Positions 1-11,472 of a stretch of DNA of 64,000 nucleotides are shown here, piece by piece. The notes under the pieces were generated by a model. The model did no database searches, had not been told where the DNA came from, and saw only the letters and a list, made by a program, of their open reading frames with translations. This DNA is from Octopus sinensis (Eukaryota). Positions within the stretch are counted from its first letter, which is position 1, and the number at the start of each line of letters is the position of its first letter. The position numbers and the translations under genes were made by a program. The stretch lies in NCBI RefSeq assembly GCF_006345805.1, contig NC_043003.1:116374001-116438000 (forward strand), read 5' to 3'.

Positions 1-187
1 TTTTAGAGTCTGTACACGTACATTCCCTAGAATCGGCCACTCGTGTCTCGCACAGAATTAATGTTATTTTTTTTTTACATTAACAGAAACTGAAGCTATG
101 ATATGTATGTGATTACGTATTACGTATGTATGTGTACATGCATGTATCTATGTACGTATGTATTATGTATATATGCATGTGTCTATA

Positions 188-392
188 TAGGGAGAGTTTA
201 CGAAAAAAAAACAAAAGATGAAGACAGGTGGTGTACAAAACAAACAGATGTATTAGTATTACGCTCAGAAATTAAAAAAGTCTTTTACGTTTCGAGCCGA
301 CGCTTTTCTACAGAAAGGGACACAGAAAAAACAAGGAGAGAAACAAGGAGAGAAAAAAATGTGTGTAGTGGCTGACGATCTATCATGGCGGT
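188..392 (-). mobile_element. Penelope-like repeat (pLTR-type) remnant, local family P1
   Basis: Homologous to 53120-53320 and 54967-55022 (ACAAAAGA.G.AGAC.GGTG...TTTTACGTTTCGAGCC.ACGCT...CAGAAAGG); carries a hammerhead-like motif; abuts TA-rich microsatellite. Confidence 0.6.
282..317 (-). ncRNA. Minimal type I hammerhead-like motif (atypical core CUGUAGA)
   Basis: Minus strand reads CTTT CTGTAGA AAAGC GTCG GCTC GAAAC GTA AAAG: stem I CTTT/AAAG, imperfect stem II, GAAA, loopless stem III, GUA triplet. Confidence 0.5.
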
Positions 393-500
393 CATTATTA
401 ATTTTTTCAATATTTCTTGTCAGTAGAGAAAGAGCCAGTTTCTGAACTGGGCCCAAGTCTCCTTCATTGGAATTTCAAAAACACCCAACAAGGTATTTTT

Positions 501-560
501 GTATGTATGTATGTATGTATGTATGTATGTATGTATGTATGTATGTATGTATGTATGTAT
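501..560. repeat. (GTAT)n microsatellite
   Basis: About 15 units, directly at the 3' end of the minus-strand LINE. Confidence 0.95.
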
Positions 561-1160
561 AGGTTCGTGTGTATGTGTGCAGATTTGTATGTTTTGTTTT
601 ATCTATGTATTCTCAAGCACATAGCTGCATGTCTAGACATTCTTATATATACTTGCTTAAATGATAAACTTCTAGAAAGTTTTACAGATTGTGAAGCAGT
701 CCCAGTGCTGGCTTGGATCTGTCGTCTTCGAATCAGTTTTCTCTTTTCTGAACCTAATTTCTCAAAATTACTATTTAGGCAGAGTGTTAACTATCCCAGT
801 GCCACAATAATTACATGTATAAAGCTGTACTTGTAATCTGGATAGAGTGACTGCAGATTTCTCAGTAGTTTACCGTAGGTATTTTCTTTTTCACTGATCT
901 TTAGCTTTATGTTAACATCTGCTGGGCAGCTGATTTCCTCGACTGTACACAGTTTCTCTTTTCTATCCCAAATCCTTATATCAGATCTTCTACGTTTATA
1001 TTTTATTCCGCTTGTCCCTGGTATATCCCACCAGTATTCCCTATTATTATAAGTGGCTATGCCATCTACCATACTGTACGTTCTTATTAATTTCGCCTCG
1101 GGTTTAGCCTCCCGACGGATCTCATTGTAGTGTCCTAGCTACTACACCATGTCTCATCAG
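560..1160 (-). mobile_element. R4/Dong-like non-LTR retrotransposon 3' end (restriction-like endonuclease), decayed
   Basis: Minus translation MRHGVVARTL..EIRR..REYWWDIPGTSGIKYKRRRSDIRIWDRKEKLCTVEEISCPADVNIKLKISEKENTYG..IIVALG: RHxxV motif, PD..(D/E)xK-type REL core and GALG-like motif. Confidence 0.85.
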
Positions 1161-1471
1161 TATGTTTGTTGTTTGTTCCTTCTCGAGCCATGCCTGGCTC
1201 ATAAGGGCCGGTTTCCCGGTTTCTTGGCGTATAGGTTCCCCACGTGGACGGGACGCCTGTCCGTCGCAGGTGAGCTGCAAGATGCAGGAGGAAAGAGTGA
1301 GGGAAAGTTGTGGCGAAAGAGTCAGCAGATGTTTCGCCATTACCTTCTGCCGGAGCCGCGTGGAGCTTAGGTGTTTTCGCTCATAAACACACACATCGCC
1401 CGGTCTCAGATTCGAACCCGCTATCCCTCGACCGCGAGTCCGCTGCTCTAACCACTAGGCCATGTGCCTCC
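1160..1471 (-). mobile_element. tRNA-headed SINE, group A, tail type 1
   Basis: A box TGGCCTAGTGG, B box GGTTCGAATC, shared core GAGCGAAAACACCTAAGCTCCACG.GGCTCCGGCAG; tail GAGCCAGGCATGGCTCGAGAAGG(AACA)n. Confidence 0.9.
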
Positions 1472-1810
1472 ACAACTCATCAGTATATAATACCGTGATG
1501 ACAATTTCGGAAAACTGCTTATGAGGTGTCATATCTTCGGTGTTAATCCCACAAAGCCTGCATCGGTTGTCACATTTTACTGCTTTCCCTGCATCTCTTT
1601 TGTGCACCAGGTATTTGGTTGATATTTCTTATTCCTTGATTGCAAATACATACCGTTCAAAGTGGGAGTTAGTAATACGGTTGTTGGTCCTTGATAGACT
1701 GCTTTGACGACCGATGTTACAATCATTCCGGACCTTTCTGCTAACATATTCATGCACGTTGTCCTGCTGCTATACGCCCATCCTTTCATCTGATGGTGTA
1801 TGTATGTATG

Positions 1811-2121
1811 TGACAACGTGACCACGTGACTGACCAGGCTATCAGATGTTGCGACCCATCGCTGGTCACAATGCGCTTCACATTGTTTTAGCCTTCAAAT
1901 GACGCCACCTCGCTGGATAAGCGAGCAGGCCAACAGAAGGAAGAGTGAGAGAAAGTTGCGGCGAAAGAGTACAGCAGGGATCGCCACCCCCCCCTGCCGG
2001 AGCCGCGTGACACTTTAGGTGTTTTCGCTCAATAAACACTCACAACGCCTGGTCTGGGAATCGAAACCGCGATCCTACGACCGCGAGTCCGCTGCCCTAA
2101 CCACTGGGCCATTGCGCCTCC
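1811..2121 (-). mobile_element. tRNA-headed SINE, group A, tail type 2
   Basis: Head GGAGGCGCAATGGCCCAGTGGTTAGGGCAGCGGACTCGCGGTC, B box GGTTTCGATTCCC; tail CATTGTGACCAGCGATG...CACGTGGTCACGT. Confidence 0.9.
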
Positions 2122-3388
2122 ATGTATGTATGTATGTAAGGTATGAAATGGAAGAAATTGTACTCCATGCAGGCTACAGAATATGCTAATGATTCCAATG
2201 TGGTCGGTCATTTTTGTCAGTTTTAAGTGTTTTTGTTCTTTGCAATCTTGCAGTCGATAAAAACATTATCTATGGTGGACTGAACTGTATCAAACATCAC
2301 TTGATGATGTTCCATGAGTTGGTTTAATTAGATAACTATGTTTTATGTTGTAATAATTGTTAATTGTAGCGTATATGTTCCTTAGGTAGTCACTGGGGTG
2401 GATAATACTCTGTTATTTTCGCATTTACAGGAATCTACTGTGTGAGTTTTTGCAATAAATATCTATAATGCTTTCGAGAAACATCAAATAAACAACGCCG
2501 AATAATCAAGAAATTATCTCAGTGAAAGACTAAAACATTCTGAATCAATGACAAAAGAAAAAAATAACAAAGAACACGAAAACATCAGGTATGACTCTCT
2601 TACATCAGGAATATAAAATCATATTTAGCACGGATTTGTCTGTTGCTTATTGGCAAAAATTCCTCATTAGAAGCAGAACAATGTTTTGACTTAGTTTATG
2701 GCAGGTGCTGGGTCATTTTTGCTGTGGTCGACGATAGTGCATAGACAATGAATCAATCACCTCTGTTATGGCGGTGCTGCTTCCAAAAGCGAGTACCTAT
2801 GTCCAAGTACACTTACTACCTCAACATTCATAGATATGAAACGAAGGAAAGATTCGTCAACACGTTCACAAGAACCACGTTGACTCGCGCAGAGAGTCCC
2901 AGATATTTTGCTAAGTTTTATCCTACATATCTGTCGTAAAGTCAAACCTTCCAGATTTTTCTAAGGGTTTACGCCCTTAGCTTTTCCTAAACGGTCAGTA
3001 TGTTACCGTACATGACAGTAGTTGTTTATTATTATAGTAGACAGGCATTGTTCAGAACTAATCTAACTCTCTCGTTCTTGAAACTTGCATTTGCCTGATG
3101 CAAGCAGTACCAATTATCGAGATGTAGGATTTGTATGGAGTTTCGTTCTCTTAGCTCAGTAGCTAAAGCACTAATGGCTTCGTCTGCGCTGGATCCGTTG
3201 GGAAGTGTTTCTAAAAGAACTTTCGGTTAGATAAGACCTGAGGGAAAATAATGTCAAGGATGTGATTCCACACTCTTGGAAACTTTGGAAGTTCCGAACC
3301 AAGTCCTAATACTGGAGGCATTTTAAAATCATTCAATGGATAATTAATATGATTACGTTATATAATATAGACGCCCATGTCTCTTAAT

Positions 3389-3600
3389 TATTTCTTAACT
3401 ACCCACAAGGGGCTAAACACAGAGAGGACAAACGGATTAAGTCGATTATATCGACCCCAGTGCGCAATGGGACTTAATTTATCGTAATGGGACTTAATTT
3501 ATCGACCCCGAAAGGATGAAAGGCAAAGTCGACCTCGGCAGACGAAATACCGATAAACATTTCGCCCGGCGTGCTGACGATTCTGCCAGCTCGCCGCCTT
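3389..3600 (-). mobile_element. tRNA-headed SINE, group C
   Basis: AAGGCGGCGAGCTGGCAG head, GAGGTCGACTTTGCCTTTCATCCTTTCGGGGTCGAT core, TTTAGCCCCTTGTGGGTAG tail; internal deletion and 19-bp duplication. Confidence 0.9.
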
Positions 3601-3888
3601 TATCTTTTACCAACATCACCTACATAAAAAACCATGCACATAACAGTTGTCAAATCCAATTGCTTGAATACAAATTCCGAACTAAATGAGAATCCTACTT
3701 GATGACAATTGCTTTTGAGGTCGATGATATATAAATCCAGTCATAACATCAGACAATTGTCAATATAAAGCTTTATGAAAGCTACTTTAAAACACAGTTC
3801 GCATAGGACATACATTCAGTTTTAATCGACAATCACTATCTCAGTACAACTGGATAAATGGCACTGTAATACTGGATTTTATCAAATT

Positions 3889-4266
3889 CTAGCATTGCTC
3901 GGTTGTTTCGACCCTTTAGAATTGGAAGTTTTGAAAAGTAATAAATCTTGCATTATGTAGCTTGTTATTCTCTTTAAGTGAAAATTTTTCTGGTTGAAAT
4001 ACACCGAAAAATGGCGACACAGCAGTCAAAAGATCGTAAAAAATACGGATTTTCATAGACAAAAAGCACCTTTTTGATGTAAATAATTTTTGGTGGTAAC
4101 ATGATGCGATTTGAATTTCTTCTTCTACGGAAGGAAGAGCAAGCCTTCTTCTAACATAGTCTCAAGTTTGGTCAACTTGCGCCGTAGGGTCTCGGAGGAA
4201 ATAGTGTTAGTTGAAGGCTACCAAACCTGCCATACACAGACAACTTCAGCTTTATATATAGAGAGA
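3889..4266 (-). mobile_element. Non-autonomous Helitron, damaged 3' hairpin
   Basis: Minus strand starts A|TC and ends CTAG; homologous along its length to 62593-63273; one arm of the CCCGG..CTCGGG hairpin is deleted. Confidence 0.8.
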
Positions 4267-4434
4267 TAACAGTAGTAAAGGGTGAGACGATGATCTCAGG
4301 CTTAAACTGGTGCAATATAAGATTCACGCTTCGTATACATGGTAGACGCCAAACTTCTTCCCCAACAGATAATTTATGTTTCTCAAAGGTCATAAGTACT
4401 GCAATTTCTCCAATGAATTTGATAGTGATAATAA

Positions 4435-4481
<47 letters not shown>

Positions 4482-5029
4482 ATTCGTCTTCATCTCAAAC
4501 ATTGTGTCTCTTTTTCACGTACTTCGTTTTTGTTTTATAAGCTACACCGCTTTAACTTGCATGCGTTATCAACACCAGCCTCATTCTAATGTATAGCAGA
4601 CAGACAGCGGCACATGTTATAAACCGTAATGATTTTATAATACATGACAAAACATATACGCTATGGTTATATATTTATGACAAGACAGGGATTTCGATAT
4701 TTTATGTATTAGGATACAAACCAAAGCTGTTATGCATCTACGCACTGATGCAGCTATACTTCGAATCTCTGATAGACATTTACGTTTCCTTGCACACAAA
4801 TACACCAACCGATCACATATGCACGAAGAGAAGAGCATGCATTTGCATTAAAACAAAACAAAACACAAAACAAAACAAAACAAAAAAGAAAAAGAAAAAG
4901 GATATTTATGTATATTTAGTTTAACTCAACATTATTTCTGCTGCATAAATGTTACTTATTGAATCACGACTGCAAAGTATTACTGTACAGCAAATTGAAT
5001 TGTTTTCAGATATATGTGTGCATATGGGT

Positions 5030-5058
5030 ATGCGTGTGTGCGTATGTACGTGTGTCTG

Positions 5059-5148
<90 letters not shown>

Positions 5149-5270
5149 TACATTACATATATATATGTATATATATACATATATATCTATGTATATATTA
5201 TATATATTATATATATATATAATATGTATATATATTTATATGTATATATATACATATATATATATATACT

Positions 5271-5317
<47 letters not shown>

Positions 5318-5550
5318 TTATATAAAATTAAAATACATAGATATATAGATAGATGTCCGCACGTATATGATACATATGGGTACATAATAATGCATATTTG
5401 AATATATATATATGTAGCAGTGTGTGTATGAGGTTATGTGTGTATGTGTGTGTGTGTGTTGTGTGTGTGAATGCATTTAAACACATGTATGTACGTACGT
5501 TTGTATGTATGTATGTATGTATGTATGTATGTATGTATGTATGTATGTAT
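5030..5550. repeat. Compound (TA)n/(TG)n/(GTAT)n microsatellite field
   Basis: Direct reading. Confidence 0.95.
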
Positions 5551-5659
5551 AGCAACACACAAAATAGAGAGGAAGGAGTGGTAAATCGTGTGACTGAAAT
5601 AATGCAGGTCGTTATTTCGTTCCTGTGTACTGTGTGTGAATGTTACCAATATATTTACT

Positions 5660-5696
<37 letters not shown>

Positions 5697-5984
5697 TGGT
5701 AAGAGCATATACGTAGATTTGTGTATGGAATCGTGTGCAGCATGGAGAAGAGGAAAAAAGATCCGCCTCTGTTGGTAATGAAGTCGAAGTCACATTTGCC
5801 TATAGCATCCATTTGAAACGGTTAGGTGGAAGTCTCTAGGGAAATCTTACTACATTCTGTTTGCTTAATGGAACAAAAATCGACACATTATGGATGATTG
5901 ATAGTCAAACTTTACTGTGGGTAACTATCAGCCGTCTTATTCCTTCAGGGACACAATCGCCAAGCGTGAAGTGAATTCCTACAT

Positions 5985-6006
5985 ATACATATGCATACAT
6001 ACATAT

Positions 6007-6064
<58 letters not shown>

Positions 6065-6079
6065 TGTGTGTATATATAT

Positions 6080-6110
<31 letters not shown>

Positions 6111-6326
6111 ATATATATATATACATATATACATCTACATATATATACATATATACATATATATATGTATATATGTATATAATATATACAAATATATATG
6201 TATATACATAATATATATATATCTAGGTATATATGTGTATATATATGTGCATGTATATGTATATATGTATATATATATATACACAAATATATATACAAAT
6301 ATATATACACAAATATACATATATAC

Positions 6327-6358
<32 letters not shown>

Positions 6359-6359
6359 G

Positions 6360-6438
<79 letters not shown>

Positions 6439-6599
6439 TATATGTATATATATTTCCACACACAGTAAAATACACTCCCGCTCGTTATGCACATTTACAA
6501 ACACACACTTATACTTGTATACACATGCATAACAAGACTTATCTATCTTTGTATGTATGTACGTATGTACATATATCTCTTTGTCTCTTTCTTTCAATG

Positions 6600-6655
<56 letters not shown>

Positions 6656-6740
6656 TATTTATATATATACATATATATAGAGAGAGAGAGGGAGAGAGAG
6701 GGAGAGAGAGAGAGGGAGATAGATAGATAGATAGATAGTA
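5985..6740. repeat. Compound (TA)n/(CATA)n/(GA)n/(GATA)n microsatellite field
   Basis: Direct reading. Confidence 0.95.
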
Positions 6741-7026
6741 TTACATACCTGCGTACCTCGATATTACAACCGTGTAAAATATATATGTGCACATATACAT
6801 ATGAGTATCAAGGTAATAAATATACTCTGCGTATATGTATGCATATAAATACGCATGTGCATTCATTTGCACCTGTGTCTGTGTCTGCTTCTATGTGTGA
6901 ATCTACGTATATTTGTGTGTGTTTGTGTGTGTGTGTTCGCGTGAGCCTGTTCGTGTATTTAAATATATGCATATGTCAGCATGTTTTTTCTTTCACTCTA
7001 CACAGAACATGTTAAATTTGAAAAGA

Positions 7027-7147
7027 CAGGAGTGGCTGTGTGGTAAGTAGCTTGCTAACCAACCCGGGGTAGATTTGCTCGACTAAAGGCAGTGCTCCAG
7101 CATGGCCGCAGTCAAATGACTGAAACAAGTAAAAGAGTAAAAGAGTA
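7027..7147 (+). mobile_element. SINE group B, internally deleted (head joined to tail)
   Basis: GGAGTGGCTGTGTGGTAAGTAGCTTGC head fused to GCTCGACTAAAGGC.GTGCTCCAGCATGGCCGCAGTC..(AGTAAAAG)n tail. Confidence 0.85.
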
Positions 7148-8609
7148 TCCATGTCATAATTTCGACTTTGTATACTCTGAGTATCGACATTTTCTCTTCA
7201 ATTTCATCTATCCGTAACGTGTTATATTTTGCCTGTCCTCTGCGATCGTTTATTACGCAGTAATGGTCGAATGTTTACGCAGTTCTTTCCTAAGTATGAG
7301 TTCGCCGGTTTGAAGTCAATTTGGGTCATCTTCACGAAGTGACTTTCACGACAGCTACAGTTTGTGATTCAAAAGGAATTGATCAAAGCTTTAAAGAAAT
7401 TCTTGCCACTCTGTCACGTTGATTCTGTTTCAAGAGCTTTAGAGTGCATGCATCTCCAGAATCATAACCACTTAGGCGCTCATTCGATGGATAGGTACGT
7501 CAGTTGATAAAACGATTGAAGTATATTCCTTGTCAAAAGCGTTGGAGATCTGTTTTACGCCCTCAACAGCATAGATCTGCGTAACACTGAGTTAATGATT
7601 CACCCGTATTTCGCAATATCTGATCTGCTTCCCAGATAGAAATTCGTATATCAGGAGAATCACCGACGGTTACTCAGTGAATGATATAAAGAACATGTAA
7701 GGAATCTGTAACAATAACACTTGGATTTTGGATGACTTCTACAAGCAGAATGATAAGACTTGGACATTAAAGAATTTTCAAAATCCGTGGATGGATAACG
7801 CTACGAAATTAAGGCATTGATAGTCTTATATACACTCTAGCAGGTACATAAGGTCTATCTCACTGGTCAGTCCGTGATGAGGGCAGAACGTTTTCAAGCA
7901 TTGTTTATTTTGGGGTTTTTATTGAACAGTTGTCATGTGTAGCTTTTAGTGTCTGCATTAAAATATGTTGCAGCGTTGACCCAATGACAGGTGGCACTTT
8001 TATCTTCAGCCAAATATTCACTCAATTTTCTTTAGAGGTGGAAGTTGATTTTGAACGGTGACTGCTCCTACAAGTCCTCATGGTTGAGAAAGTGATGAGC
8101 AATGCATGTTTGTATGGTATGCTCAAATCAAGCGCTTGTATATCGGTAATTACTGCTGCCATAATGAGATTGTCATTTGTAAGATTACCTTTGTAGATTT
8201 CCTATAAAACTCAGAGTAAGGATTACGACGTTTCATATACGGATAGGTCTATGAAAACAATGCGCTTGAAGATAGGAAAGATAATTAAAGGGTGTATATG
8301 CATGTTTTGAGGGTTATTGTTCTTTCATCAGTGCAAAATCCAACCCATTAACTGACCATGAACACATTGCTTTAATGTCTACTAATTATAGCAATATCAC
8401 ATAATTGGATAAACAAATTTACGTATCAGACACATTCCTGGCAACTGGTACGTAAATATTTATTGCTAGCAAGGACACAGTATTTCGCTGGGTAATTATA
8501 AAATACAACCAAGTTGTAATTAGTTTGAACCATATTTAGCAAACGGTTGCTACCCATGCATTCGGGTGCTTCATTTTGTTTCCAGTAATCAAAATACATA
8601 TCTGTTAGT

Positions 8610-9027
8610 GGATTTTTTCGGTTTGAACAGCAGTTTCTAACATAATTCCTAGGTAACTAAAAAATTTTAAACTTCGTATACTGGTAGAATGTGTTTATAA
8701 AACATCTTTTTCTCTTGGCTTTATTGAGAAAATTCTATAAGTTGTAAGATATTTGTTGTTTTTTCTTCAATTTCTGTAATTTCAACCAGCCACTGACGTC
8801 TATTGAGGTAAAAAAAAACATTCTGTGCCGTATGAATATGTGCCGCGTTTAAGAATCAGATTGAGTTTATTTACATTTGTGAAGAAAAAAAGATACCCTT
8901 CCCCCCACCCCTAACCCTAACCCTAAAATAGATAGAAATGCAATAGATCGATAATAGGGTCATAATTATGGGTGGCAATTTCATATGACACCGCTAGAAA
9001 AAACTGCCGTTCAAACCGAAAAGATCC
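8610..9027. mobile_element. MITE with ~29-bp TIRs and 8-bp TSD (Merlin-like), copy 1
   Basis: TIR GGAT(C/T)TTTTCGGTTTGAAC / GTTCAAACCGAAAAGATCC; TSD CTGTTAGT at 8602-8609 and 9028-9035; internal CCCTAA repeats. Confidence 0.9.
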
Positions 9028-9715
9028 CTGTTAGTTTTCTTATAGTCTATTCCATGTAACGACTTCAAAAACCCCTTTACTTTGCCGTAGTAAAGTTCCG
9101 CACATTTAGCACATACATATAAACATGGAAGCACCATCAAAAGAGTAAACCATTCAGAAAAAGAAATCCTCTTTATCGACAACTTGTGTGGGAACTCACT
9201 AAGCTGAGCTAGGAATGATGCCATCAGATGATGAGTATAAAGTTTCTACGTCATTATATCTGGTCCAGAGACAGGATCTATCATTCATGTGCAAAATTTT
9301 TATTTTAATCATGGATGCTTATTATGTCATCAATTAAACATTTCTTGCTTGATAAAACTTCACCCTCGCCTGCACAATTAGTATTTGCTGTTTACTCATA
9401 AAAATGGCGGCCGTTACCGGAATAAGATGAAAAAATTTGAACTCTGTTGCTGGTGAAACGTAAAAACATAGAAACACCAATGCCTAAGTCTGGTGCAGTC
9501 ATACATAGACCAGCTCAGTGTGTTTTCCCCGTAGATGTGGTACGTGGCGAATTACTCTTGTGATAATTAAATCAATGTAGGTCTTCCCGCGTTTGAGCGT
9601 ACACGGGTGTGCTTAATACAAATGAATGGATTTATTGTAATCACCACAGATTAGCGGGTCTCTAATAAATACTGGATTACCATTCATCCGTTCTGTATTA
9701 TTATTATTATTATCA

Positions 9716-10692
9716 TCATATGCCATAGTATGGCATTGGCATATCCCATAGTATGGTTGCTTTCTCGTTTTCTGTGACCTTTTCTGGTGTGTGCCTATAC
9801 CATCTTTTTTCTGTTGTTATTCCATAATGTTGGCATAGCTTCCAATGTATGTAGGTTCCAACTCTGTCATGTCTGTGAATATATTCCTTCTTAGCCAGGA
9901 CTGGGCAGCTAGAGATAATATGATTTATTGTTTCTTGTCCATCTCCACATATTCTGCAGTTACTTGTAATATTTCTTTTCATTACATGTTTTTGGTAATT
10001 TCTGGTGGGGAGGCTTTGGTCTTGTGCTGCAATTAAAAATCCCTCTGTTTCTGCTTTGAGTCCTGAGCTTCTCAACCATTGCTGGGATTTTTCTTTGTCT
10101 ATTTCTTTTGCGTTTAGTTTAGTGCAGTATTTACCATGAAGGGGTTTTTCTTGCCATCGTTTTATCATGGCTCGTTGCTGTTCTATTTTTAGTTTGGATT
10201 TCATTTGTTTTATAGCTTTTGTTGTTTCTTCATCATCTTCTTCTTCTTCTTCTTTGTCTTTATTAGGTGGTATGATTTCTTGTTTGTATTTGTCAGCTTC
10301 CTTAAATACTGAGAACAGTTTTTTGTTTTGCTCGTGTTTTGCTGCTATCTGGATCAGTTTTCCTTCCTTCTGGAGTAGGTATTTTTGCAGTCCTATGGTG
10401 GTTATTTTATAGTAGTTTTCCAGCTGTATAAGGCCTCTACCACCTTCTATACGTTGTATATATAGTCTTTCTATGTCAGATTTTGGGTGATGCAACCTAG
10501 ATCCTGTCAGTATTTTTCTTGTTTTCCTATCTAATTTGGACAGTTCATTTCGTGTCCAGTTAAGGATATTGTAGCTGTAACTTATAACTGGGACAGCTAA
10601 AGTGTTGATACCTATTATCTTGTTTTTAGCATTGAGCTCTGTTTTTAGTATTGATCTAACTCGTCTATAATATTCTTTTTTTATTAATATTC

Positions 10693-10697
<5 letters not shown>
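9716..10697 (-). mobile_element. Dong/R4-clade LINE fragment (RT C-terminus and CCHC knuckle), truncated at both ends
   Basis: 259-aa ORF HPKSDIERLYIQRIEGGRGL..SGLKAETEGFLIAAQDQSLPTRNY..CRICGDGQETINHIISSCPVLAKKEYIHRHDRV..ILWDMP; (TAA)n-type tracts on both sides. Confidence 0.9.

Positions 10698-10760
<63 letters not shown>
10698..10760. repeat. (TTA)n microsatellite
   Basis: Direct reading. Confidence 0.95.
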
Positions 10761-10761
<1 letters not shown>

Positions 10762-10856
10762 ATGTTAGACTTTTGCTTTACATTTGCACAAGCTGGCTCC
10801 AAGTCTCACCCAGAGACCTCAAGAGACAACAAGTTGGAAGTTCATGCTGGTGTTAT
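10761..10856 (-). mobile_element. Probable 3' UTR/terminus of another Dong-like LINE ending in (TAA)n
   Basis: Minus strand GAGGTCTCTGGGTGAGACTTGG...AAAAGTCTAACA runs directly into (TAA)n; non-coding, so the assignment is by context only. Confidence 0.45.
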
Positions 10857-10859
10857 AAG

Positions 10860-10975
10860 TACCAATCTTTCAAAACAACTAATTACCGGGATCGATTCTT
10901 TCGTCTAAAAATTCGTCAAGGCGATGTCCCAGCATGGCCGCAATCTAATAACTGAAACAAACAAAAGACAAAAAA
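10860..10975 (+). mobile_element. SINE group B 3' fragment
   Basis: CAAGGCGATGTCCCAGCATGGCCGCAATCTAATAACTGAAACAA matches the tails of other B copies. Confidence 0.7.
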
Positions 10976-11472
10976 TATAATCCCGTCGTGTCCCTTTTAT
11001 ATAAAACTTATAGTTTTCCATCCCATGGAGATATTGGCATTAATCTCAGATTGGCGTGCAATGCATTGATACACAGAATAGTTTTGTAACATTTCTGCCC
11101 TTCTGTTTTGCTTTAAAACCAGTCGCTGTCAGACTCACCATCCATGACTGCGAGGTCGAAGAAGTTAATGTCTATTGTTTTGTAATATAGATGAGTCAAT
11201 GAACTGTGCTTATTTGTGAGGTCATCTGACTTAGGAAAACAAAGTTATGGAAATTATAGAAATATAGGAAAATAAATTGCGTCCTTACTTGAGCTACAAA
11301 AGGTTCCCATGATTTTTGCTTAGTAAATGCATTCAGAACCTGATATTTATTCGCAAGCTGGTCAATTAAATAATTAATGCATTCAGTGAAGCTGAACCGA
11401 TTTATTACATCACTCCCCGTTTATAAATTAGCTATCATCTATAAAAAGTAGGCGATAGAAATAAAATTGATA

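Noticed and set aside
1075-1162. CTGATGAG...CGAAA on the minus strand resembling a hammerhead
   Set aside because: Stems I and II do not pair, and the sequence is LINE coding region (LMRHGVVARTL..EIRR).
1160-2121. tRNA-like heads as tRNA genes (all SINE groups)
   Set aside because: A and B boxes are present but there is no complete cloverleaf; they continue into SINE cores.
2431-2441. 11-nt micro-exon (TTTACAG|GAATCTACTGT|GTGAGT)
   Set aside because: Good splice signals but too short to distinguish from chance without RNA data.
4949-6792. Long YI/IY/CV-rich ORFs here and at 20-22 kb, 30-35 kb, 51-52 kb and 63.6-64 kb
   Set aside because: They are translations of (TA)n, (TG)n and (CATA)n tracts, which lack stops in some frames.
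7150-7810. Possible very old mariner relic (HPY..SDL-like and DFYKQ-like remnants)
   Set aside because: Motifs too degraded to support the call; no TIR found.
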